Virus record (IMG/VR): IMGVR_UViG_3300050821_016647
Coordinates: 1 to 64,000 of that record
Length of the DNA: 64,000 nucleotides
Strand: one strand, 5' to 3'
Source of the DNA: a virus
Positions 1 to 9,222 of this stretch are shown one piece after another. The translations under genes were made by a program, and so were the position numbers. The notes under the pieces were generated by a model, which made no database searches, had not been told where the DNA came from, and worked only from the letters and a program-made list of their open reading frames with translations. Position 1 is the stretch's first letter; each line of letters starts with the position of its first letter.

Positions 1-86
1 TTGCCCCGCGTCTCGGCCGATGTCGGGGATTGGCGACTTTCCGATGATCTCGCGGATCGTGTTCAACAGGTGAGCGTCGCCGCGGG

Positions 87-1487
87 TCATGGCTTCACTC
101 GGAACGTGAGCGCCTCGGCCATGTGCGGGCCGGTGATGAGATCCGTGTCGTCGAGTGCGGCGATGGTGCGAGCGACGCGAGGAATGGTCCGCTCGTATTC
201 GACGGCCAGCGCCGCGACGGAGCTAGTCTTGTCGAAAAGTTTCTGCGCCTCGGGTGAGATTTTCGGGATGGAGGATTCTAGAATCTTCCGCGCCACCTCG
301 ACGCGCACTCGTACGGATTCGTTGTTGTCGCTCGACGTGCGGCCCGACGTGACGGCGGCGATGCGATAGTCGGGGACCTCGACGCGCATCGCGAACAGCG
401 ACTCGTAGGACGCGGCACGCTCCCGAAAGCGCTTCAGTCGCTCGGGGGTGCACTGGCACCCGGTGACGTACGATGGCCCGCATTCGCACTTGTTCGTCGC
501 GCCGACGAGCAGCGGCGAGGCCGGCATCGTCGCCGTGCGTCGCAGTGTGACCTTGCCTTCGGACAAGACGCGGGCGAGCGCTTCGAGCGCGCTCTTTCGG
601 AACTCCTGCACTTCATCAAGAAAGAGCACGCCGTGATGACCGAGCGTGACCTCTCCCGGGCGCGGGTGATCGCCACCGCCGAGCAGGCCCAGCTCGCTCA
701 CGGTGTGATGGGGAGCGCGGAAGGGTCGGGAGACCGGGGCGCCTTTCAAAGCTTGTCCCCACCCTCCGCCGCGTAGCCCTGCGGCGTCGTGAATGGTGAG
801 CACGTCGAGCGCTTCATCGGCCGTGAGACTCGGCAGGATGCCGGCGAGGCGCCGTGCCGCCGCGGTCTTGCCCGTACCGGGACCGCCGACCAGTAGAAGA
901 GGGTGCCGACCCGCGGCGGAGATTTCGAGCGCGCGACGAACCGCGGGGGAGGGCAGGTCGGCGATGCTGAGATCGGAGACCTCCTCTTTGATGCCGGGGC
1001 TTCCCACGAGCCGCAGGTTCCCGTTGACGGCCGCGTCGGCGAGAGACTCGCACGAGAGCACCTTTGCGCTCGTCGCGGTAGCGTCGAAAGCGTTGCCGGC
1101 CGGGACGACGATCTCACCTTTCCCGACGGCGCGAGCGTGTGCGACGACGCCGCGAACGGAACGTAGTAGGCCGTCAAGGGCTAGCTCGCCGATGTAGACG
1201 GCGTCGCCGCGCCAGATTCCGTTGTTGCGCAGCCCCGTTATGGCGAGAGCAATCGCCAGGTCGAGGCTCCCAGGATAGCCTGTGACCTCGGGCGTCACGG
1301 TGACGTCGACGTTACCGGCCTCGATACCGCACTGGGCGAGTGCCGACTTGACTCGCACGCGAGCCTCGCGCATCGCAACGGCCGGTATGCCTTCGATGAG
1401 AATCCCACCAGCCGCGCTAGCTTTAGCCGTGATAGTGACCGGACGGGATTCGATGCCTACGAGGACGGCGGAACGAACGGTGATCAT
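87..1487 (-). CDS. comM: ComM/YifB-family Mg-chelatase-like AAA+ ATPase (diverged)
   Basis: Start MITVRSAVLVGIE (ATGA overlap at 1484-1487); Lon-like N-domain (SLDLAIA, GELALDG), Walker A GGPGTGKT, PFRAPHH, GGG..PRPGEVTLGHHGVLFLDE, C-terminal VARTIA. Confidence 0.9.
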   Translation of the reverse strand: MITVRSAVLVGIESRPVTITAKASAAGGILIEGIPAVAMREARVRVKSALAQCGIEAGNVDVTVTPEVTGYPGSLDLAIALAITGLRNNGIWRGDAVYIGELALDGLLRSVRGVVAHARAVGKGEIVVPAGNAFDATATSAKVLSCESLADAAVNGNLRLVGSPGIKEEVSDLSIADLPSPAVRRALEISAAGRHPLLLVGGPGTGKTAAARRLAGILPSLTADEALDVLTIHDAAGLRGGGWGQALKGAPVSRPFRAPHHTVSELGLLGGGDHPRPGEVTLGHHGVLFLDEVQEFRKSALEALARVLSEGKVTLRRTATMPASPLLVGATNKCECGPSYVTGCQCTPERLKRFRERAASYESLFAMRVEVPDYRIAAVTSGRTSSDNNESVRVRVEVARKILESSIPKISPEAQKLFDKTSSVAALAVEYERTIPRVARTIAALDDTDLITGPHMAEALTFRVKP

Positions 1488-1822
1488 GAAGCCTCTTTTT
1501 GGTAGACGCCGGTTTTGGAATAGATGCTTTGAATGGGTTTCCCCTCTTCCCAGTCGAGTATCTGGTCTGCACTTCGGCCCCATGCGATGAGAGCCTCGCG
1601 CGCCGTGTCGAATGCGGAAACGTCGAAACCAATCCCGGTGGGAGCGTCGGGGGAATGAGTCCAGTACAGCTCGCGCGTCGATGCGTGCCAACGAGGCTTA
1701 CCGGCGGCCGTCGTGCCGTAGGTCAAACTACGAATCAGAATGCCGGCGCGCTTGCCTTTGAAGAGGATGGGGAAGGTGGTCACTCCAGAGTGTGTCTGTT
1801 GGTGAACGAGTGAGGTGCTCAC
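1484..1822 (-). CDS. hypothetical protein
   Basis: 112-aa ORF in the minus-strand run, coupled to comM. Confidence 0.65.
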   Translation of the reverse strand: MSTSLVHQQTHSGVTTFPILFKGKRAGILIRSLTYGTTAAGKPRWHASTRELYWTHSPDAPTGIGFDVSAFDTAREALIAWGRSADQILDWEEGKPIQSIYSKTGVYQKEAS

Positions 1823-1894
1823 CGCGCGTCAGAGTGAAACGACGGCCCCCGATAGACAGGAAGGAATTGGCCGGTGCTGAGAGCTTGGTAGCGG

Positions 1895-2122
1895 TCATGT
1901 TTCCTCAAGCGGCGTAGTGAATTCCCAATTCGCATTGAGCGCTTCCATATCCAGGTCGATCCCCTCTACGGGCATCGTGCGTGTTTCGGGGGTGAAGCCG
2001 TCTACGCGCAGCGCGATAGCGATGGCTTCGTTGACGTTGGCCTCCGGTGTGTCATCGGGAATTTTGACCCATCCGTCCGTGCACGTGCGAACCGGAATGT
2101 TCGTGACAAATACGCGCTTCAC
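1895..2122 (-). CDS. hypothetical protein
   Basis: GTG start overlapping the upstream stop (GTGA at 2119-2122); VKRVFVTNIP... Confidence 0.6.
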   Translation of the reverse strand: MKRVFVTNIPVRTCTDGWVKIPDDTPEANVNEAIAIALRVDGFTPETRTMPVEGIDLDMEALNANWEFTTPLEET

Positions 2123-4182
2123 GACGGCCCCCGCATTGTGAGCAGTACGGTTCGCACTCCGGTCCCGTCGAACGTGCCGGCCGGTAGCTCCTCCCACGTC
2201 TCGGCCAGAGGCTTGAGCTTCTCTGCTTGCCGCGGACCTCCGGCGCAGATGGCGACGAGTCGACCGCCGGGCTTCAGGAACGTACGAGCGCGCATGATGT
2301 GCATGACGTCGACCGCGTCTTTGAAGGGCGGGTTCATGACGACGGCGTCGAACTCGAACGGGGCACCTTCCGCTTCCGGACCGACGAAATCGAGAAAGTC
2401 GGCGCAGTGTGCGTCCGTCAGTCGGGCAAGCCGAGGATTGATCTCCACCGCGGTAACGACGCCGCCGCGCGCCCGAATCGCCTGGACGATGTTTCCCGTA
2501 CCGGCGCTAGGCTCGAGGACGCGGTCGCCCTCGCCGACGCCCGCGAGGCGCACCATGCGCGCCGCCAGGTCGGGAGGCGTCGGAAAGAGCTGGTCCGCCG
2601 AGACGACTTGAACGCCGGCCTTGAGCGTTTCTTTCATCGCCTCGAACTTGTGACGGGTAACGATGACGTCGGGCTTGGAAACACTGGTCCCCTCCCTAGC
2701 GAGCTTCGCCACAATCTGCGCGTCGGAGAGTCCTTCGCTGGCGAGTTGACCGATACGAGGTTCGTGTAGCAGTCGCTCCGGTAGCTCCGGCTTTTTACCG
2801 CCGGGCGGCGGCGGGTCTTTTCGCGGAATGTCCGTGATGAACACCTCGATGTCCTCGAACGAGCCGCCCGGCTTCCACATGGTGCGCTGACGGTGCGCGC
2901 CGTGCTTCTCGTTCTCTTTGACGCGCACGGTACGGTACGAATCGCTGTGCTTGGCGCGATAGTCCCATTCCTTTTTCGTCATCTCGTGGAACGTCTCGCC
3001 CTTGGCGTTCGTGCCGGGGTAGTTGACGAGCGGCGGTAGCTTCGTCGCGGCGGCGACCTTCGCGGCGTCTTCCTCGCTCGGGGGCCGGTAGTCGACGACT
3101 TCCTCGATACCGACTTTCATGCGTCCGTATCGGCCTCGAACGGTGTACGAGTTGACGTCGCCCTTGTTCACTCCGGATTGGGCCACCTTGTTCACGCGCA
3201 AGACCACCGCCCATCCTCGGTGCTCGGTGAGCACCTGTCCGCCGGGCTTCACGTCGAACTTCTCGGCGTGTACCGCGATGTCGCCGGTCTCGCCGAGCAT
3301 GGCGCGCTCGTACGTCAGGCGAAGGTTCAGATGCGAGATCCACCGTTCGCGCCATTCGGCGTTACGCGTGTGCGCCTCGACGGCGCGTTTGGTCGCTTCT
3401 TCGACGGTGATCTCGTTCTTGTCGAGCGCAGACCACGTGCCGTACGGTAGCGCGCGATCGTAGTTGGCAATCTTGAGCGCCTGGTCACGCGTGAGCGTGG
3501 TCGACCAGAACTTGATCCCGCCGATCGACTCGCTGCGCGATTTCTCGTGCTTGCGCAGGTCGGCCTCCAAGCCCTTGATGCGCCTGTGACGTACGCCGGG
3601 GTCCTCTTTGTACTTGGCGAGCCGCAGCGCGCCAGCGGCGCGGCGTTCCCAGTATTTCGACGTCTCCCAGAGCTTGATCGCCTTGCGCATGCCGGACTTG
3701 ATCCGCTCGGCGTCTTTCTCGGCGTGGCGTTGGGAATGGTGGCCGATGAGGATCGGTTGGCCAAGCGGGATGTTGTCCGCAATCGCCGCCACCGCCTCGT
3801 GCGCTCGTTCGGCGTCGTCGGCGCGCTTCTCCTGGTAGACCTCGAACCGCTCGGCGCGTTCCTCGGCGCGCTCGACGAGCGACGTATCTTCGTCGCCGAT
3901 GTCGCCGCACAGCTCGAACGCCAGATCGGCGCGCTCCGGGGTCCACATGGGAGCGACGAACAGCTTTTGCTGTGGTGCCCAGTGGAAGCCGGCGGCCTTG
4001 ACGCGATCGTATAGCTCTTTCGGGAGCCGAGCTACCGAGCGTAGGCGAAGCTTGTTGTCGGCGGGGTCGTAGGTCGCGTCCATGGTGGGGAATGAATGCC
4101 CGGGGCAATTCGGTTTCTGACATACGTGGCAAACGCCGCACGTATCGGGAGAAGTGCAATCGTCGGGTATGGTGGCGTTCAT
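2119..4182 (-). CDS. DUF3560 domain protein fused to a C-terminal N6-type (NPPF) DNA methyltransferase
   Basis: YDPADNKLRL...GQPILIGHHSQRHA (DUF3560); LFPTPPDLA, VLEPSAGTGNI, VVMNPPF; ATGA-coupled start at 4182. Confidence 0.85.
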   Translation of the reverse strand: MNATIPDDCTSPDTCGVCHVCQKPNCPGHSFPTMDATYDPADNKLRLRSVARLPKELYDRVKAAGFHWAPQQKLFVAPMWTPERADLAFELCGDIGDEDTSLVERAEERAERFEVYQEKRADDAERAHEAVAAIADNIPLGQPILIGHHSQRHAEKDAERIKSGMRKAIKLWETSKYWERRAAGALRLAKYKEDPGVRHRRIKGLEADLRKHEKSRSESIGGIKFWSTTLTRDQALKIANYDRALPYGTWSALDKNEITVEEATKRAVEAHTRNAEWRERWISHLNLRLTYERAMLGETGDIAVHAEKFDVKPGGQVLTEHRGWAVVLRVNKVAQSGVNKGDVNSYTVRGRYGRMKVGIEEVVDYRPPSEEDAAKVAAATKLPPLVNYPGTNAKGETFHEMTKKEWDYRAKHSDSYRTVRVKENEKHGAHRQRTMWKPGGSFEDIEVFITDIPRKDPPPPGGKKPELPERLLHEPRIGQLASEGLSDAQIVAKLAREGTSVSKPDVIVTRHKFEAMKETLKAGVQVVSADQLFPTPPDLAARMVRLAGVGEGDRVLEPSAGTGNIVQAIRARGGVVTAVEINPRLARLTDAHCADFLDFVGPEAEGAPFEFDAVVMNPPFKDAVDVMHIMRARTFLKPGGRLVAICAGGPRQAEKLKPLAETWEELPAGTFDGTGVRTVLLTMRGPS

Positions 4183-4373
4183 AGGGTTTGCTCCGAGGTC
4201 TCTTCGAGAATCGCGAGCGCGGTTTTCAGCGCTGCGATTAGGTGCTTGGTCGCCGAGATAGAGATTCGAGCGCGAAAGCTGGTGACGTCGCCTTCGTCTC
4301 CTACGTCCATCATGTCGAGCACGACACGACGCCGGCCGTCCATGTCCGGATAGGCTGAGGCGTGGTCGATCAC
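4179..4373 (-). CDS. small hypothetical protein
   Basis: GTGA/ATGA coupling at both ends. Confidence 0.5.
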   Translation of the reverse strand: MIDHASAYPDMDGRRRVVLDMMDVGDEGDVTSFRARISISATKHLIAALKTALAILEETSEQTL

Positions 4374-4504
4374 GGGAAGCACCACATTCCGAGCTTGATT
4401 GCATACTCCAGTTCTTCGTCGGTCATGGAGTCCACGCAATCCACGATGATGCAATGGTCCCGGACCTCGCACCGTTCGAGTAACTCTTTTCCAATAGGGC
4501 TCAC
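4370..4504 (-). CDS. small hypothetical protein
   Basis: GTGA coupling at both ends. Confidence 0.45.
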   Translation of the reverse strand: MSPIGKELLERCEVRDHCIIVDCVDSMTDEELEYAIKLGMWCFP

Positions 4505-4863
4505 GGTTTGACCTCTTTCGGCTCGTGCGATTCGACCGAGATCCACGCACGGTCGCGTGGTGACGTGCCGTCGGGACCTTCGGTGACCCAGTGCTTGTCG
4601 CAATAGTAGAAGACGCCGCCCCCGCGGTAGTGCTCACACCGCGTAGCGTCCGCGCCGCAGTAGTGCGTGGAGCACTGGCACTTGATCCCAGGGCGGGTCA
4701 CGACGTGACCTCGCGGGTATCGCTTCGCGACCCGGACCTTGCCTACGCACCCCCGGAAAAGGTCAATAAACCAGACGTGCGTGGGCAAGGTGCGAGGCGC
4801 GAGGCTCGACTTGTCGGAGGGGTTCGATGGGGAGACGGTAGACGAACGGCGACGCATTGTCAT
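4501..4863 (-). CDS. hypothetical protein, Cys-rich (possible Zn-binding)
   Basis: CQCSTHYC...C...YYCDKH; coupled ORF. Confidence 0.55.
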   Translation of the reverse strand: MTMRRRSSTVSPSNPSDKSSLAPRTLPTHVWFIDLFRGCVGKVRVAKRYPRGHVVTRPGIKCQCSTHYCGADATRCEHYRGGGVFYYCDKHWVTEGPDGTSPRDRAWISVESHEPKEVKP

Positions 4864-5207
4864 CTCCAGTCTTTTGGTAGTGAGCGTCCGGCTTTTGGCC
4901 GGCGTGGTACGGCGCGAGGCGATCGACCTTCGTTATTTGATAGGTATTCGTCCAGCTGAATGAACAGCTCGACCATGCGCGCCGGGTCTTTTGAAATGTC
5001 CTCGTAGCAACGTCGCGCGAGTTTGCGCAGCTCGACGAGCGCCGCGTCGGGGTCCGTGATCTCGGGGAGTGAATGCCAGCACGGCGCCACGTGGAAGCCT
5101 CGCCCGCCGCACTTCGGGCAAACGTCCGTGTGAGAGACGCCGCAAATCTGACAGCACCCGTCCGCGCCTACGTTGCAGTCGGAGTCTTTCGCGTGCTTTG
5201 CGCTCAT
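4860..5207 (-). CDS. hypothetical Zn-finger protein
   Basis: CQICG...CPKCGGRGFH; ATGA coupling at 5204-5207. Confidence 0.6.
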   Translation of the reverse strand: MSAKHAKDSDCNVGADGCCQICGVSHTDVCPKCGGRGFHVAPCWHSLPEITDPDAALVELRKLARRCYEDISKDPARMVELFIQLDEYLSNNEGRSPRAVPRRPKAGRSLPKDWR

Positions 5208-5728
5208 GACGAGCACGCTTTCTGATGCGCCTCGGTCTCAGAAAAACCTTTCGCGCGTAGCGCCGCATAACTGCGCTGCCAGCGAATCCACGGCCGGAGC
5301 AAATCCCGGACGATGTAGGGTAGGCCGCATTCCTCCGTGACTCCGTCCGCGCTCGGTTCGGCATTCAGGAATGCCTCATCGTCGGGGACGTCCAGGTTCC
5401 AAGCGCCTTGTGCTAGGTGGTGCAGCGCGTCGTTTTCGGCGTCCTCGCGATCCTGCTTGGGCGTCGTCATGAAGTAGGGGTTCGAGAGCGTATCGACCCA
5501 ATACGACCAGCCCTCTAGGGTCGGCGCTACTACCGCCACGTGGCCACGCCAGCGAAGCACGCGTGCGCCTCGGTCAAGCCTCGCGAGCGCCGAGAGCGTT
5601 TCGTGCTCGCACGTGAGCGCCGCTTCTTTCGGAGTCGGCCGCATGCATTCGACCGGTCCGAATTTCGCCTTGTGACCGACGACGCGCCGGCCGCGAATGT
5701 CTTTGACCTTGCGGACGGTGGGCTTCAT
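5204..5728 (-). CDS. hypothetical protein
   Basis: 174-aa ORF coupled at both ends. Confidence 0.7.
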   Translation of the reverse strand: MKPTVRKVKDIRGRRVVGHKAKFGPVECMRPTPKEAALTCEHETLSALARLDRGARVLRWRGHVAVVAPTLEGWSYWVDTLSNPYFMTTPKQDREDAENDALHHLAQGAWNLDVPDDEAFLNAEPSADGVTEECGLPYIVRDLLRPWIRWQRSYAALRAKGFSETEAHQKACSS

Positions 5729-6042
5729 GCGAACACCTGCGCGCGAACGAGCACGAAGCGTTCGCAGTCGGCAATGGTGACCGAGGGGAGACGGTTTTCA
5801 ACGCACTTGATCATGAGGCGTGCGCCGGCTTCCGTGTCGAACGGACCGATAGCGAATTTGAACCGGTCGCCGTGCGTCTCCTCCGTGGGCACCACGTCGG
5901 AGTGAAAGAGCGCGAGCTTGCCGAGTCGGGTGGAGTATCCGACGTACGGACGGACACGGCCGTCGAGCCGGCGCGGCGGTAGGAGCGCGACGAGTTTGCC
6001 GGCGACGAAGATCGACTCAGGTTTGCGTGACGGCGTGCTCAC
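5725..6042 (-). CDS. hypothetical protein
   Basis: Coupled ORF in the minus-strand operon. Confidence 0.6.
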   Translation of the reverse strand: MSTPSRKPESIFVAGKLVALLPPRRLDGRVRPYVGYSTRLGKLALFHSDVVPTEETHGDRFKFAIGPFDTEAGARLMIKCVENRLPSVTIADCERFVLVRAQVFA

Positions 6043-6707
6043 GGCGACACCTCCGCCGCCGGTCCCGCGTACGTCGCACGCGCCGCCATTTCGGCGACGT
6101 CGCGCGCGTCGGCCGGATCGTCGCTATTCTCGGCGGCTTCCTTCGCTTCGCCGCGTACGTATTCGAGGCCCCCGTAGAAGCCCCAACAGTCGTCGAGCGT
6201 TTCACCCTCGCGGCCCTTGACGCTGTAACCGTAGACTTGGCCGGTGAGGTACTCGTCATACGCTTCGACCTCTTGCCGGATGTAGCGCGTTAGCTCCTCC
6301 GCCGTCGGGACGGACGCGCCCGATTCGGCGCCGCCCATCATCTTCTCCACGTTTGAGCGGGTGACGTATCCCCACCCGACTTGTCCGGAATCCCACCGAT
6401 CGTGAAATGGGTTGGCGTCGCCGGCGCGCATGGTGATCCCGCTGTGGTCGTAGAGATAGAGCGCGAGCACGGCGAGGATTTCGTCACCCTCGGCCGCGAT
6501 CTTCTCGCGCAACGTTTCGAGGCTCATCGGCTCGATTCGCTTCTCTTCGTCGCCGAGCACAAGCCGGCGATGCCAGCACGCGAGCGTGGACCAGTTATCG
6601 TAGTCGCGTGGCGACATTGGCTCGGGGTCGCGAAAAATCTTGACCGTCCGTCCCGCGTGCTCGAATTTCTCGACGAGATACTCTCGGTCGAAAGTGCTGC
6701 TAGTCAT
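6039..6707 (-). CDS. conserved mobile-element/phage hypothetical protein
   Basis: LYLYDHSG...DSGQVGW...YDEYLTGQVYGY...CWGFYG pattern familiar from phage/MGE hypotheticals; leader GAAAGGTCAA. Confidence 0.75.
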   Translation of the reverse strand: MTSSTFDREYLVEKFEHAGRTVKIFRDPEPMSPRDYDNWSTLACWHRRLVLGDEEKRIEPMSLETLREKIAAEGDEILAVLALYLYDHSGITMRAGDANPFHDRWDSGQVGWGYVTRSNVEKMMGGAESGASVPTAEELTRYIRQEVEAYDEYLTGQVYGYSVKGREGETLDDCWGFYGGLEYVRGEAKEAAENSDDPADARDVAEMAARATYAGPAAEVSP

Positions 6708-6751
6708 CAGGGTTGACCTTTCTCCGCGGGCTCGACCCCGCGGCTCCCTTA

Positions 6752-6789
6752 TGTCTCGTACATGATACGCATGGCGCGTCGATCGTCAA
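6752..6789 (-). promoter_or_regulatory. sigma70-like promoter, repeated early motif (copy 1)
   Basis: Minus strand TTGACG(6789-6784)-N16-TATCAT(6767-6762), then GTACGAGACA; matches copies at 10117 and 11802. Confidence 0.7.
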
Positions 6790-7307
6790 GCTCTCTTTTT
6801 CGTCTCGGTCTCGTGCTGTGCCTTGAGTACGCGAATCGCGTCCGCTGCGGTCTCGGGAGTCTGGTGCTTGCGCAGGTAGCGGCCGTCCCACGTGTAGACG
6901 CGGCACCTTTCAGAGGAGAAAATCCGCGGAACGCTTTCCGCGAAATGCACGGCGTCATGTCCTACGCCGTCGACATACGTAACGTCGTTCAGGTGCGTGC
7001 CGTGCTCGCGAAGGATCCAAACGAACGGAATCGACGGGTCGAGCTGATTGAGGTACGCGCGATCGTGCACGTATAAATCGCGCCGGTACTTGACCGGCCA
7101 ACCTACGCGTTCGGCCTCGGCTAGGATTGCGTCCCAGTGTGGCGCGGCCTTGCAGCGCGCGGTCCCTCCGCTGTAGACGTTCTCGCCGGACCATTCGCCG
7201 CGAGAGCATTCGGGCGAAGTGCAGTCTTGCACGTTATGCGTTACGACGGTGGGGGCACCCCACGTCGCATGGGGAACAGTAGGCGGGGGCGGGGGTCGGC
7301 GCTTCAT
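6786..7307 (-). CDS. hypothetical protein
   Basis: 173-aa coupled ORF (PFVWILREHGTHL). Confidence 0.7.
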   Translation of the reverse strand: MKRRPPPPPTVPHATWGAPTVVTHNVQDCTSPECSRGEWSGENVYSGGTARCKAAPHWDAILAEAERVGWPVKYRRDLYVHDRAYLNQLDPSIPFVWILREHGTHLNDVTYVDGVGHDAVHFAESVPRIFSSERCRVYTWDGRYLRKHQTPETAADAIRVLKAQHETETKKRA

Positions 7308-7624
7308 CGCTTCACCCGAAAATCGGTGGATACCAGATTGCCGCCTTCGGGGACGTCGACGGCTTGACGTGATGTCGGCGAGAACACGAGCGCTCGGCGC
7401 TCGGTGTAGCGCTTGTCCACGTCGATCACGTCGACGATGAGTACCTCTTCTCCGTCACGCTTCGGGATGAAGGAGATATTCACCTGTGCGAGGCGAACGC
7501 CTCTCGTGTCGACCAAATCAACGGATCCGGTGTCGCCGTCGCCAACGACGAGCGCCGTACGGATGAATTGGCCGTCGTCATACAGGCGTGTTTTCGTGAA
7601 CGCGTTTATCTTGGGCTTTCTCAT
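7304..7624 (-). CDS. hypothetical protein
   Basis: Start MRKPKINAF with ATGA overlap at 7621-7624. Confidence 0.65.
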   Translation of the reverse strand: MRKPKINAFTKTRLYDDGQFIRTALVVGDGDTGSVDLVDTRGVRLAQVNISFIPKRDGEEVLIVDVIDVDKRYTERRALVFSPTSRQAVDVPEGGNLVSTDFRVKR

Positions 7625-7896
7625 GAGTGTAGGCTCCATCCGTCCTCGAATCCGTTGCCGTGGTAGCAGAGACCCACCGTCATGCGGCCTAGTCCGGTCG
7701 CGCAATCGGCGACCCAAAGGCTCGGGGCGAGCGCTTCCCAGGGGAAACCGTCCGGCCGGATACGGGTCATGCCGAGACGTCGAAGCTGCGCCCACATGCG
7801 ACGAGCGCTCGGGTAGACCGAGAGAATCCACGCTAGCGTAGCGCGGTCTTGCGGTCGGATGTCGGCGCGACGTATCTGGATACCGTCAGCTTTCAC
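7621..7896 (-). CDS. hypothetical protein
   Basis: Coupled ORF. Confidence 0.5.
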   Translation of the reverse strand: MKADGIQIRRADIRPQDRATLAWILSVYPSARRMWAQLRRLGMTRIRPDGFPWEALAPSLWVADCATGLGRMTVGLCYHGNGFEDGWSLHS

Positions 7897-8261
7897 GGCT
7901 GTTCCCCTAGCAAGGTGAGGATTGCCGAGCAGAGCCCCGCGGCGTCTTCCTGGTCGATACCGTTGCCGTCTTCGCTACGGTACTGGTCGAGCAGAGCCCG
8001 TGCCGTCGTTGTGACGCGCTCGACCGCTACCGCGCCGTCCCGGTCGATGCGTTGCCCGAGTGTGAGCTTGGGAGCGTTCAGCTCCGCCGCCAGCCTGTTC
8101 AGACCCTTGCGGACCATGTCCGCCTCCTCTGCGGTCTGACAGTACGCAAGGATCGCGTCGTTGCTCGGGTGGAGTACGTGCCACCGTTCTTCGTCGACGC
8201 GGTCCGCGCTGAAACGTTCCACGTGTCGAATGTCGACGTGGTCGATAACGAAATGAATCAT
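7893..8261 (-). CDS. hypothetical protein
   Basis: Start MIHFVIDHVD after leader GAAAGGTCAA (8277-8268). Confidence 0.65.
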   Translation of the reverse strand: MIHFVIDHVDIRHVERFSADRVDEERWHVLHPSNDAILAYCQTAEEADMVRKGLNRLAAELNAPKLTLGQRIDRDGAVAVERVTTTARALLDQYRSEDGNGIDQEDAAGLCSAILTLLGEQP

Positions 8262-8281
8262 GACCTTTTGACCTTTCGTGA

Positions 8282-8346
8282 CTCCCCCCGAGTCTGACGC
8301 GCCGGGAAGGGACCAACCTACCGCCACGCGCCAGACTCCGGGGGAG
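8282..8346. other. intergenic stem-loop whose loop carries the GAAGGGACCAA leader motif in antisense
   Basis: 15-bp stem with 1 mismatch (8282-8296 / 8332-8346), inner CGCG and CGG/CCG pairs, loop 8306-8320 GAAGGGACCAACCTA on the + strand. Confidence 0.6.
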
Positions 8347-8363
8347 CCGGAGCGATACCGTAG

Positions 8364-8561
8364 CTAGTTGAGATTTGGATCGGCCGGCCTCCTTTCCGCG
8401 TGCTCCGGTGCGCGTACCGTTATCAGCTCTGCGCCGATGACGTTTTGATGCCCGTTCGCGAGTAGGATCAAGCCTAGTTGCTTGAGCACGCGATCGATCG
8501 TTTCGTCGCCGGCCGGATCTTCGGCGTCGATTGAAATGATAGCTCGGACAATGCGCGTCAT
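8364..8561 (-). CDS. small hypothetical protein
   Basis: Leader GAAAGGTCAA (8574-8565) precedes the ATG. Confidence 0.6.
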   Translation of the reverse strand: MTRIVRAIISIDAEDPAGDETIDRVLKQLGLILLANGHQNVIGAELITVRAPEHAERRPADPNLN

Positions 8562-8573
8562 GGGTTGACCTTT

Positions 8574-8825
8574 CTACCGGTGAATGGTGGCCGACTCGAC
8601 ACTAAGCCGGTCAACGTTTTTCGTGAGGTACCGTTTCGCCAATTCCCCCGCCTGCTCTCGCGTGTCGCAAACTCGCGACGTGTACATGACGGTACCGCTA
8701 CCGCGCGCAATCAAAAGCGCCTTGTACCGTGAGCGCTCGTGTCGCGTGTCTCCCTTTCTGCCCACTATGTCGATCGTGAGGAAACACGATATGACACGAG
8801 ACGACGGCGCTAGTGCTTCTCCCAT
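8574..8825 (-). CDS. hypothetical protein
   Basis: ORF in the minus-strand run; start uncertain. Confidence 0.45.
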   Translation of the reverse strand: MGEALAPSSRVISCFLTIDIVGRKGDTRHERSRYKALLIARGSGTVMYTSRVCDTREQAGELAKRYLTKNVDRLSVESATIHR

Positions 8826-9142
8826 GTGTTCCCCCCGTCGTGCGAATGGTGGCCCCCCGCAATTGCCCGGGCGTTCACCTTTCGGCCGGACATGGCCTCC
8901 GCGCGTGCGACCGATTGACGTAGCGCCCAGGAATTGGACGCTGTGAGGGTACGGTAGGCGCACGCGTCGGAGACGTTGTCGCGGTCTTTCCACCCCGCGA
9001 ACGCGAGCGCACCGTTAGGCGCGATTGCAACCTTGACCCGTCCCGCGGTTAGCTCCGTCTCCAGACGCGCGAGCGCCTTTTTCACCTGATCGATTCGCTC
9101 CGAGAGCGATTGCCCCGGTTGACGCATTGATTCGCATGCCAT
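8810..9142 (-). CDS. hypothetical protein of the AAA ATPase module
   Basis: Leader GAAGGGACCAA (9157-9147); C-terminal GHHSHDGGNTW. Confidence 0.75.
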   Translation of the reverse strand: MACESMRQPGQSLSERIDQVKKALARLETELTAGRVKVAIAPNGALAFAGWKDRDNVSDACAYRTLTASNSWALRQSVARAEAMSGRKVNARAIAGGHHSHDGGNTWEKH

Positions 9143-9222
9143 TGGCTTGGTCCCTTCGTTGAATCGTTACCCTTCCGACCCCTAGCCTAGCCTAAGCCGG
9201 CCAGGGGTCGACGGGTGACGCG

